From Candidatus Xenobia bacterium (GTDB lineage Bacteria; Vulcanimicrobiota; Xenobia; Xenobiales; QWHO01): 39,382 bases of DNA. Below are positions 31,207 to 39,382 of this stretch, one piece after another. The notes beneath the pieces are model-generated. The model searched no databases. It was not told the origin of the DNA and saw only the letters and a program-made list of their open reading frames with translations. The stretch spans positions 1 through 39,382 of the forward strand of contig BTUM01000073.1 of NCBI GenBank assembly GCA_045863235.1. Direction: 5' to 3'. The stretch's first letter is position 1, and the number at the start of each line of letters is the position of its first letter. Both the position numbers and the translations under genes were made by a program.

Positions 31207-31785
31207 CTATTTCCGTCCTTCAGGCTCCTTGGAGGCCAGCAGTTTGGCCGCTGTGACCCCGCCCAGGAAGCCGAACAGGTGGCCTTCCCAGGAGATGCCC
31301 ACCTGGCCGGGCAGCACCCCCGCCAGGGCGCGCCAGAAGAAGTAGCCGACCACCAGCGAGATGATGATGGAGAGCGGCTTGCGCTCGAAGAATCCGGCCG
31401 CCATCAAGAACCCCAGGTAGCCGTAGATGAGCAGGCTGGCCCCGATGTGCACGCTGTTGGGGGCGCCGAACAGCCAGACGCCCAGTCCGCCCACGACACT
31501 GGCGATCACAGTGACGCCCAGGAATTGCTTCCAGCCGCGCGTGAAAATCAGCCAGCCAAACAGCGCAAAGGGCACGGTGTTGGCGACCAGATGGGGGAAA
31601 CCGCCGTGCAGGAAGGGCATCCAGAGAATGCCCCAGAGTCCGTCTTTGGTGCGCGGCACGATGCCGAAGTGGTTCAGCCACTGCTGCAGGACGAAGCTGT
31701 CCACCGTCTCGAGAATCCAGCACAGCAGCAGAAACCCGCCCAGCACGAGGATCTGAATCTTGAGGGCCCGGGTGACATTCTTCAT
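31207..31785 (-). CDS. Rhomboid-family intramembrane serine protease
   Basis: PFLHGGFPHLVAN, HIGAS catalytic Ser motif, SWEGHLFG catalytic His. Confidence 0.9.
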   Translation of the reverse strand: MKNVTRALKIQILVLGGFLLLCWILETVDSFVLQQWLNHFGIVPRTKDGLWGILWMPFLHGGFPHLVANTVPFALFGWLIFTRGWKQFLGVTVIASVVGGLGVWLFGAPNSVHIGASLLIYGYLGFLMAAGFFERKPLSIIISLVVGYFFWRALAGVLPGQVGISWEGHLFGFLGGVTAAKLLASKEPEGRK

Positions 31786-31828
31786 AACAGCCTCCAGTGT
31801 ACCACATGGCGACCTCGGGTGGAATGGC

Positions 31829-32779
31829 TCACGTTTTCTTAGAGTCGCCAGGGGAGGGAAAAAGTTCCGGGTGCTCCTTCACCAGCTGCAGGAAGGCTCG
31901 GCAGAAGCGGCGAGCGCTGGGCTCGTCGAGGTGGCTTCCATCGCAGGTGTTCAGGCCGGTCACCTCGGGAGCGAGCAGGGGCAAACCGAGCTTGCGGGCC
32001 AACTGCTCGACCTGTTTGCGACTGGTGATGCCTCCCGGGATGTGGGTCAGCACCACCTCGGACCCGCGCCCTCGCATGCGGTGCAGGAAGGCCAGGGCGG
32101 CGGCCAGAGTGTCGGGGTGGACTTCGTCCTTCTCGGGCGCCAGCCGCACCGGGGCGCGGTCGTTGGGGGCAGTCACCACCAGCCAGGCCCCGGTGGCGTA
32201 GTCGCGGTAGATGACCCAGCGGGCGTCGCTGGTGGGGGAATACTGGGGTATCCAGCGGTGCAGGTGGCGCCGAACCAGCCAGGAGGTGCGATCTTCCATC
32301 AGGGTGCGGCGGGCCTCCCATGCCGACTGGTCGATGGCCCGCTGGCCCAGGGGACCGATCAGGTCGGTGAAGAAGTGGTCGGCATCGATCACCACCAGCC
32401 GCGGGCGCAGGTCAAAACGCTGGATCAGGTGCCAGGCAAAGGACATGCCCTCGTTGCCGAAGCCGAGCGTGTAGGCTTGCAGCCCGGTCTGGCGCCGAAA
32501 GTCCTGGAGAAACTCCTGGCGGAAGGCGAACTGGGCCCGGCTGTTGCCCAGGAACAGCACCTGGGGAGCCTTGAGCAACTCGGGAATGGACTCGAGACCC
32601 TGGCAGTAGACCAGCCAGTCACTCATCGCGTGGTGGGCGCGGGGCTCGTGAGGGATCTTGTCCGTGTCGTGGAAGCGCCAACCGGCATAGCTCGGGTCGC
32701 AGCGGGCCATCAGGTCGGCTCCGGTGGCTGCGGCCAGGAATCCGAGCGCGATGAAGACCAGTATTTTCAAGTTCTGCAT
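31829..32779 (-). CDS. SGNH/DltD/AlgJ-like exported acyltransferase partner
   Basis: N-terminal signal/anchor; VLFLGNSR (block I) and DGSHL (DxxH); directly downstream of the MBOAT gene. Confidence 0.75.
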   Translation of the reverse strand: MQNLKILVFIALGFLAAATGADLMARCDPSYAGWRFHDTDKIPHEPRAHHAMSDWLVYCQGLESIPELLKAPQVLFLGNSRAQFAFRQEFLQDFRRQTGLQAYTLGFGNEGMSFAWHLIQRFDLRPRLVVIDADHFFTDLIGPLGQRAIDQSAWEARRTLMEDRTSWLVRRHLHRWIPQYSPTSDARWVIYRDYATGAWLVVTAPNDRAPVRLAPEKDEVHPDTLAAALAFLHRMRGRGSEVVLTHIPGGITSRKQVEQLARKLGLPLLAPEVTGLNTCDGSHLDEPSARRFCRAFLQLVKEHPELFPSPGDSKKT

Positions 32780-32830
32780 GCTGACAGTCCCCGGTTGAGC
32801 TTCGTCGCATCTGCCTTGGCACGACGAAGT

Positions 32831-34231
32831 TTAGAACTGGAAGTAGATGAACGAGCTCGACTGGCCGTAATAGGTCAAGATGGCAAAGATCATGATTCCG
32901 GCCAGGAAGGCCTTTTCCTGGGGGCTTCGAGGGGGAGCCTTGCCGGCATCGATCAGAGCCGCCCGAAGGTGCGAGAAGCCCAGCGGGATCAACAGCCACA
33001 GAGCATCGATCAGGACGGGATTCAAGGAGGTCTCCAGCACGGTCAGGTTTCCGAGCAGCCCGGTGGCCTCGTCCACGCTGCGGGCCCGGAAGAAGACCCA
33101 GGTCAGCAAGACCCAGGACTGGACCACCGGCCAGTAGAGCCAGCGCCGCGGCCCTTCGAGCTGGCTGACCCCGAAGCGACGTTCGACGACCAGAGCGATG
33201 CCGTGTAGAAGGCCCCAGATCACGAAGGTCCAGCTGGCGCCATGCCAGAGGCCACCGATCAGCATGACCAGGAGCAAGTTGCGGTAGGTCATCAGCTCGC
33301 CGTGGCGATTTCCGCCCAGGGGGATGTAGAGATAGCTTTTCAGCCACTGCGAGAGCGAGATGTGCCAGCGGGTCCAGAACTCTTGAAAGCTGCAGGAGAT
33401 GTAGGGGTAGCGAAAGTTCTGCATGAGGCGGAAGCCCAGCCAGTAGGCGGTGCCCTGGGCGATGCTGGAGTAGCCGGCGAAGTCGGAGAGGATCTGGGCC
33501 CCGAACAGCGCCGCCACGGCCACCGACATGAAAACGTCGCCCCGGGGCCCGGTGGCGATGGGCCAGAAGCGGTCCACGATGGGTCCCAGGTTGTCGGCGA
33601 TGACCATCTTGAGGAAGAATCCCCGCACGATCAGGTAGCCACCCTCCCAGAAGACCCCCCACTGCAGGTGGCGCACGCGATGGATCTGGGGCAGGAAGTC
33701 GCCCGGCCGGACGATGGGTCCGGCCACCAGGTGAGGGAAGAAACTGACGAACAAGAGCACGTCGAAGTAGTTGCGGATGGGCTTGAGCCGCCCGCGATAG
33801 ACGTCGATGGTGTAGCTCATGGCCTCGAAGGTGTAAAACGAGAGGCCCATCGGCAGGATGAGGTCGCTCTTGGGGGCCCAGGAGGCATCCAGGTGCAGCC
33901 AGTGGGACAGAAAGGTCAGATTGTCCACCGCGAAGTTCCAGTACTTGAAAACGAACAGCAGAGACAGGTTGCAGGTCATGCTGACGGCCAGCAACAGCTT
34001 TCGTCGGGCAGGCACAGTGGTGGCGTCGATCAAGAGGGCGGCCGCGTAGTCGATGGTGACGCTGGTGAAGAGCAGCAGCAAATAGAGCGGCGTGTGCCAG
34101 CCGTAGAAAAGCAGGCTGGCCGAGAGCAAGAGGCCGAGGTAGACCGGCTCTTTGCTGGTGCGACCGATGGTCAGCCGGGCCACAAAACAGGACAGGAAGA
34201 GAAAGACGAAGGCGTAGGAGACGAAGTTCAC
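32831..34231 (-). CDS. MBOAT O-acyltransferase (AlgI/PatA/DltB-like)
   Basis: LPMGLSFYTF, FFPHLVAGPI, DFAGYS, FWTRWHISLS, GLWHGA, C-terminal FIYFQF. Confidence 0.93.
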   Translation of the reverse strand: MNFVSYAFVFLFLSCFVARLTIGRTSKEPVYLGLLLSASLLFYGWHTPLYLLLLFTSVTIDYAAALLIDATTVPARRKLLLAVSMTCNLSLLFVFKYWNFAVDNLTFLSHWLHLDASWAPKSDLILPMGLSFYTFEAMSYTIDVYRGRLKPIRNYFDVLLFVSFFPHLVAGPIVRPGDFLPQIHRVRHLQWGVFWEGGYLIVRGFFLKMVIADNLGPIVDRFWPIATGPRGDVFMSVAVAALFGAQILSDFAGYSSIAQGTAYWLGFRLMQNFRYPYISCSFQEFWTRWHISLSQWLKSYLYIPLGGNRHGELMTYRNLLLVMLIGGLWHGASWTFVIWGLLHGIALVVERRFGVSQLEGPRRWLYWPVVQSWVLLTWVFFRARSVDEATGLLGNLTVLETSLNPVLIDALWLLIPLGFSHLRAALIDAGKAPPRSPQEKAFLAGIMIFAILTYYGQSSSFIYFQF

Positions 34232-35799
34232 GGGGCTGCGAGGGGAACTGTGACCCAGTTCTGCCGGGCCGGGATGCAGATGTACAGCAGGCCGCTGACG
34301 GGGTCGGGAGCCAGCCCGCCCAGCACGCGCCAGCTCATCTTGGGAGGAATCAGCTCGCCGGGGGCGCTGGTGAACAGCACCTGGCGGGTCGTGCCATCGG
34401 GTGCCAGGCGCAGAACGCGGTCAGCGCCGGCTTCAACCACGGCCAGATCGCCATCGGGCAGTCGGGTGACCGCTACCGGGACTTTCAAGTCGGCGCGCAA
34501 CACGCGCGGGCCCTGGGAGCCGAGCAGGAAGAGGCGGCCCTGCTCCTCGTCCACCACCGCCACGCCCTGACCGGGGAGGAAGGCCAGGTCCACGGGACGT
34601 CCCAGTTCGGTGCCCACCGCCAGGGTCTCGCCCCCGCCCAGGATGACCGAGACCCGCCCGGCCGAGGGCTCGGCCACGAAGATGAGCCCCTCGTTGTCCA
34701 CCGCCAGGCCGCCCGGGTCGTCCAGGCCCTCGGCCAGCACGCGGATGGAGCTGCCCCAGCCGGTCACGATGCGACCGCCTTCGGACAGGGCGTAGTAAAC
34801 GTTGCCGTCCCCGTCCAGGGCACTGTCTACGATGCCCAGCAGGGGTTCGGGGGAGGCATACAGCGAGCGCAGCAGGGGAGCGTGCACCAGCTGGCCGGAC
34901 GGGTCGAGCTCGGCCTGGGTCAGGCCGCTGGCGAAGAGGCGCGACTCGAGCTCGTAGCGCAGGCTGCCGGCGGGGCTCAGGCCAGGGGGCAGAAGCGTAC
35001 CGGCCTCGACCGATGGGACGGGGGTCGGCAGGGTGACGGACAGGGTTACCAGCCCGCCGTCGACCAGGTTCGTCAGAACCAGGGCTTCCCGCTCTGCCTT
35101 TGCGCGAGGATCAAAGAATTTCTGCGCAGACATCCCCGCTAACCCTGGATAGCGTAAGTCCGCCAACACTCGACGGCGCTCGGGTCGGGCCAGATCCATC
35201 TCCACCACCTGGCCGGTCTCTCCCGAGACCACGTAGACCACCGGTCCTCCGTAAGCGATGCCGGTGGGCAGCTCCAGATCCTCGCTCAGCAAGCTCACGG
35301 CCCCATCGGCCAGCCCCACCCGCACCACCCGATCGGAGGCGGGCAAGGTCACAAAGGCCTCGCTGCGCGAGCAGGCGATCCCCTCCGCCCCCACCAGCTC
35401 TTCGGTCAGCACCCGCTTCACGACACCGGCGAAGGGGTCCACCTCCAGCAGGCGCCCGCGCCGCTCCACCACGTAGAGCAAGCCGTCCTGGAAGGCCATG
35501 CCCGTGGGTCGATCCAACCCGCCGATCAGCTGCGAGACCCCTTCCGCCCCCAGCCAGAGGATGCGTCCCGTGGAGGGCTCGCTGCAGGCCAGCTCGTCGC
35601 CGACGCGCACCAGTCCCCAGGCCTTGACCCCCTCGGCCACGACCGTGCCGTCCAGGCGCACCACCCGCAAGCGGCCCCGCTCGGCGATCACCAGCCGGCC
35701 CTCCGAATCCGTGGCCAGCCCTACCGGGCCGCACAGGGTGTCGGCCAGAGCGGCGGAGCTCAGCCAGAAGAGGCAGAGCCCCCACGCCAGCCAGCGCAA
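34228..35799 (-). CDS. Secreted NHL/beta-propeller repeat protein
   Basis: Signal peptide (ALA-D); repeated L..P.G[LMI]A.D..G.LYV.E blades in two clusters; TTG directly after tyrS stop. Confidence 0.8.
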   Translation of the reverse strand: MRWLAWGLCLFWLSSAALADTLCGPVGLATDSEGRLVIAERGRLRVVRLDGTVVAEGVKAWGLVRVGDELACSEPSTGRILWLGAEGVSQLIGGLDRPTGMAFQDGLLYVVERRGRLLEVDPFAGVVKRVLTEELVGAEGIACSRSEAFVTLPASDRVVRVGLADGAVSLLSEDLELPTGIAYGGPVVYVVSGETGQVVEMDLARPERRRVLADLRYPGLAGMSAQKFFDPRAKAEREALVLTNLVDGGLVTLSVTLPTPVPSVEAGTLLPPGLSPAGSLRYELESRLFASGLTQAELDPSGQLVHAPLLRSLYASPEPLLGIVDSALDGDGNVYYALSEGGRIVTGWGSSIRVLAEGLDDPGGLAVDNEGLIFVAEPSAGRVSVILGGGETLAVGTELGRPVDLAFLPGQGVAVVDEEQGRLFLLGSQGPRVLRADLKVPVAVTRLPDGDLAVVEAGADRVLRLAPDGTTRQVLFTSAPGELIPPKMSWRVLGGLAPDPVSGLLYICIPARQNWVTVPLAAP

Positions 35800-36972
35800 T
35801 CAGCCCCGCCGCAAGCGCACGAAGCGCCGGCTGACCTTCAAGACTGCCCCGTCCTCAAAGCTCACTTCGGCCGGCGCGGCCACCTTCGCCCCCTCCAGCG
35901 AGACGGCGCCCTGCTCTACCAGCCGGCGCGCGTCGCGCTTGGAACCGGCAAAGCCCACCGCCAGCAACAGATCGACCACGTTCATCGGTGAGAGCACCGT
36001 CTTTTCGTCCATCTCGCTGGGGATCTCGCGCTGCGAGAACACGCGCAAGAACTCCTCATCGGCTCCCCGGGCCGCCTCCTCGCCGTGGTAGATCTTGACG
36101 ATCTCGCGGCCGAGCCAGCGTTTCACGTCGCGCGGATGCATGTCTTTGGCGCCGCGCACCTGGTCCATCGGCACGTCGGTGCACAGCTCGAAGTAGCGCT
36201 CCATCAGATGGTCGGGCAGCGACATGAGCTTTCCGAACATCTCCGTGGGCGGCTCGGTGATGCCCACGTAGTTGCCCAGGCTCTTGGACATCTTCTGCAC
36301 CCCGTCGAGCCCCTCCAGGATGGGCATCAAGAAGACGATCTGGGGCGTCTGGCCCACCTCGCGCTGAAGCGCGCGGCCCACCAGGTTGTTGAACTTCTGG
36401 TCGGTGCCACCCATCTCGACGTCGCTCTCGAGAGCCACGCTGTCGTAGCCCTGCATGAGAGGATACAAGAGCTCGTGCAGGTGGATCGGCACCCCCTCGC
36501 GGTAGCGGTTCTGGAAGTCGTCGCGCTCGAGGATGCGGGCCACGGTGTACTTGGAGGCCAGCCCCACCACGTCGGCAAAGCTCATGGGCATCAGCCACTC
36601 GGAGTTGAAGCGCACCTCGGTTTTCTCGGGGTCGAGGATGAGCGAGAGCTGCTCGCGGTAAGTGCGGCCGTTGGCCTCGATTTCCTCGGGGGTGAGCACC
36701 TTGCGGGTCTCCGAGCGCCCGGTGGGATCGCCTACCCGGGCCGTGAAGTCACCGATCAAGAGCACCACCTGGTGGCCGAAGTCCTGGAACTGGCGCAGCT
36801 TGCGCAGCACCACCGCAAAGCCCAGGTGGATGTGGGGCGCGGTGGGGTCGAGTCCGAGCTTGATGCGCAGCGGTTTTCCGGTCTTGAGGCGCTCGAGCAG
36901 CTCGCTCTCGGAGATGATCTCGGCCGTCCCCCGCTTGAGGGCGGCGAGCTGGTCTTGCGGCGTTACTCCCAT
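35800..36972 (-). CDS. tyrS: Tyrosyl-tRNA synthetase
   Basis: KLGLDPTAPHIHLG, YPLMQGYDS, GGTDQ, KMSKS, C-terminal S4-like domain; ATG 36972 overlaps the end of guaA. Confidence 0.96.
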   Translation of the reverse strand: MGVTPQDQLAALKRGTAEIISESELLERLKTGKPLRIKLGLDPTAPHIHLGFAVVLRKLRQFQDFGHQVVLLIGDFTARVGDPTGRSETRKVLTPEEIEANGRTYREQLSLILDPEKTEVRFNSEWLMPMSFADVVGLASKYTVARILERDDFQNRYREGVPIHLHELLYPLMQGYDSVALESDVEMGGTDQKFNNLVGRALQREVGQTPQIVFLMPILEGLDGVQKMSKSLGNYVGITEPPTEMFGKLMSLPDHLMERYFELCTDVPMDQVRGAKDMHPRDVKRWLGREIVKIYHGEEAARGADEEFLRVFSQREIPSEMDEKTVLSPMNVVDLLLAVGFAGSKRDARRLVEQGAVSLEGAKVAAPAEVSFEDGAVLKVSRRFVRLRRG

Positions 36973-38489
36973 TCGATGGTCCCCGGAGGCTTGGGTGTGA
37001 TGTCGTAGAGCACGCGGTTGACCCCGCGCACCTCGTTGACGATGCGGGTGGAGATGCGGGCCAGAAGATCCCAGTCGAGCCGGGCCACGTCGGCGGTCAT
37101 GGCGTCGAGCGAGCTGACCGCCCGCACTGACACGACTTCGGAATAGGTGCGCTGATCGCCCATCACGCCCACCGATTGCACCGGCAACAGCACCGCGAAG
37201 TACTGCCACAGGTCTTGATGGGCCCCTGCCTTCTCGATCTCCTCGCGCACGATCCGGTCGGCCCCCTTGAGGGCCTCCAGCCGGTCGGCCCGCACCACGC
37301 CCGGGCAGCGCACGGCCAGGCCCGGGCCGGGGAACGGCTGACGCATCAGCACTCGCTCGGGCAGGCCCAGCTCGCGGCCTACCAGGCGCACCTCGTCCTT
37401 GAAGAGCTCGCGCAGAGGCTCGAGCAGTTTCAAGCGCATGCGCTCGGGCAACCCGCCCACGTTGTGGTGGGTCTTGATGGTGGCCGAGCGGGCTCCGCCG
37501 CTCTCCACCACGTCGGGGTAGAGCGTGCCCTGAACCAGGAAGTGGATGTCGGGCCGGTGGTCGAGCTCTTCCTCGAAAACCCGGATGAAAGCCTCGCCGA
37601 TGCGCTTTCTCTTGGCCTCGGGGTCGGTGACCCCGTCCAGGGCCCGCAGGAATCGATCCTGAGCCGGGATCATCCGGATGTTCAGCCCCCGCCCGCCCAG
37701 GATCTCCATGACCTGCTCGGCCTCGCCCTGGCGCAAGAGGCCGTTGTCCACGAACAGGCAGTGCAGACGGTCGCCGATGGCCTGGTGGACCAGGGCCGCG
37801 GCCACGCTGGAATCGACCCCCCCGGACAGGGCGCAGGCCACGTGCTGGCCCTCGGTCTTCTGGCGGATCTCCTCTACGGCGTCGTGCACGAAGTGCCCGG
37901 CATCCCACTCGAAGCGGCAGCCGGCCAGTTGGAGGAAGTTCTTCAGGATCGCCTTGCCGTGCGGGGTGTGGCTCACCTCGGGGTGAAACTGCAGGCCGAA
38001 CCAGCGCCGCTCGGGGTTTCCGATGGCGGCCAGGGCGTGCTCGGAGGAGGCCAGCGACACAAAGCCCTCGGGCAGCTTGTCGACCCGGTCGCCGTGGCTC
38101 ATCCAGCAGCGCTCCTCGCGGGAAAGGCCGGCAAAGAGCGGCGAATCCTGCTCTACCACGAAGCGGGCCGGGCCGTATTCGCGCACCGTGCCGGGCACCA
38201 CGTGGCCGCCCAGCTCTCGGGCCATCAGCTGCATCCCGTAGCAGATGCCCAGCACCGGCACGCCGCTGTCCATCAGGCCTTTGGGCAGCCCCGGGGCGCC
38301 CTGGTCGTAGACCGAGTTGGGCCCGCCCGAGAGCACGACGGCGGTGGGGCGCTCGCGGCTGATCTCCTCCCAGCTCCTGCTGGGATCGACCAGCTCGGAG
38401 TAGACGCCGCACTCGCGGATGCGGCGCGTGATGAGCAGATTGTACTGCGAGCCGTAATCGAGCACGACGACGCGTTCAGGGTGTTGCAT
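36963..38489 (-). CDS. guaA: GMP synthase (glutamine-hydrolysing)
   Basis: LDYGSQY, GICYGMQ, QFHPEV, LSGGVDSSV, PFPGPGL, KPPGTIEWE; start uncertain (38489 or 38507). Confidence 0.96.
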   Translation of the reverse strand: MQHPERVVVLDYGSQYNLLITRRIRECGVYSELVDPSRSWEEISRERPTAVVLSGGPNSVYDQGAPGLPKGLMDSGVPVLGICYGMQLMARELGGHVVPGTVREYGPARFVVEQDSPLFAGLSREERCWMSHGDRVDKLPEGFVSLASSEHALAAIGNPERRWFGLQFHPEVSHTPHGKAILKNFLQLAGCRFEWDAGHFVHDAVEEIRQKTEGQHVACALSGGVDSSVAAALVHQAIGDRLHCLFVDNGLLRQGEAEQVMEILGGRGLNIRMIPAQDRFLRALDGVTDPEAKRKRIGEAFIRVFEEELDHRPDIHFLVQGTLYPDVVESGGARSATIKTHHNVGGLPERMRLKLLEPLRELFKDEVRLVGRELGLPERVLMRQPFPGPGLAVRCPGVVRADRLEALKGADRIVREEIEKAGAHQDLWQYFAVLLPVQSVGVMGDQRTYSEVVSVRAVSSLDAMTADVARLDWDLLARISTRIVNEVRGVNRVLYDITPKPPGTIEWE

Positions 38490-38748
38490 GGGCGGCCAGT
38501 TTCGCACGTGGTGGGCAAGCTCCTGTCGAAAAGGGGCCGAGTCCACGCTGAAGGGGGCTGCGCGAGGCCGGGTTTGGCGACGCGGGTGGAGGGCACGCCC
38601 AGCTCGGTGCTCGTGGCCCCCAGGAGCTGACGGGCTGAAGCGGGTGGGCGGCTCGCTCGAATTAGAAAGCCTGGCCCGGACGGGAACGCCTCAGGTTCTT
38701 TTCAGGAACAGTGCGAGCCCTTCTCCGTGAGCGAGGCCATGCGGATGC

Positions 38749-39102
38749 ATGGCCGACGGCGAGGCCAGTCTGACCTTTAGCGATGCGGTTGCGGTTCGCC
38801 GGGGGCTGCTCGCCACCCGAGACCTGTCCAGGACCCTTTCGCAGGACGACCTGAGCTGGCTCTCAGGGCAGTTCTCGGTCGAGGAGCATGCCCACGTGGC
38901 CACCGCCCTGGCCCGGCTGGCCGCCCGCAGCGCCCTTCAGCCCGGACCCACGATGCGCGCCTTTGCGGCGTTGGAGGGTCACAAGCAGGCAGCCCTTCGG
39001 AAGGAGCTCGAGCAGCTCTGGACGGAGCACAATCGGGCCACTGACGGGTCGGAGTATCTGCAGATCCTGGTTGAAGCTCCTTCACCCGGCGCGTCATGGT
39101 AG
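38749..39102 (+). pseudogene. ORF whose C-terminal part resembles the tail of a class I SAM methyltransferase; probable remnant
   Basis: GPTMRAFAAL...AALRKELEQLWTEHNRATDG-SEYLQI resembles a recalled methyltransferase C-terminus; no GxGxG SAM-binding motif in the ORF. Confidence 0.45.
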
Positions 39103-39382
39103 AGAAGTGAGCCTCAGTATGGCATCAGTGGAGCATTCGTGGTAGCGATAGTTTTTTGCCACCGGGTCGGAGTCCAGGTTTTCTTACCCACCGGCTCCAG
39201 CGACCCGGACGCTGGATGAAAGCGCGGTAGCTGGGCCGGCAGCCGCGATGAGCAACGAGATCCTTGTTCAAGTGCAAGCCGTTCTGCGTCAGCTCATGGA
39301 CCCCGAGTCGTTTCCCGCATCTCCCCCCGCAGCACTTCCCCCACCCGCTCGAAGCGAGGCTGGCTGGCCGGACCGCTGATCT

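Noticed and set aside
32831..36972. Idea that TyrS supplies the acyl donor for the MBOAT
   Set aside because: TyrS looks like a normal housekeeping enzyme; adjacency is the only evidence
35800..38412. 870-aa ORF suggesting a long N-terminal extension or guaA-tyrS fusion
   Set aside because: The upstream ~480 codons are an R/G/P-rich alternative frame over guaA; TyrS similarity starts at ATG 36972 and no slippery site was identified
38490..38748. Purine riboswitch upstream of guaA
   Set aside because: No recognisable purine aptamer core on the minus strand
39248..39379. 43-aa ORF MSNEILVQVQAVLRQL...
   Set aside because: No clear SD or recognisable motif; at the window edge, so it cannot be evaluated

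Overview
GC-rich bacterial chromosomal window dominated by the core translation supercluster on the + strand: the 3' end of rpoC, then str (rpsL-rpsG-fusA-tuf), S10, spc and alpha operons through rplQ. The S12 insertion and the ECF ATPases after rplQ suggest a Terrabacteria-type lineage (inference). Departures from the textbook cluster: (i) rpoC and rpsL are separated by a secreted DnaJ-type zinc-finger mini-protein, an MscS-cNMP channel and pfkA; (ii) a ~37-nt imperfect-hairpin repeat occurs as tandem pairs in both the rpsL-rpsG and rplW-rplB spacers; (iii) rpmD (uL30) is missing; (iv) IF-1 is divergent; (v) several r-proteins carry Lys-rich extensions. After rplQ come a coupled fluoride channel (crcB/fluC), an uncharacterised two-gene module (His-rich 'YRQGD...QREY' protein plus a membrane-anchored DUF6745-like protein), and ecfA1-ecfA2 lacking ecfT. 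A minus-strand block follows: guaA, tyrS, a beta-propeller protein, an MBOAT, an SGNH-like partner, a rhomboid and a lipoprotein-amidohydrolase fusion. No tRNA, rRNA, CRISPR or transposase was seen. All family calls are from motif recognition by eye; no searches were run.
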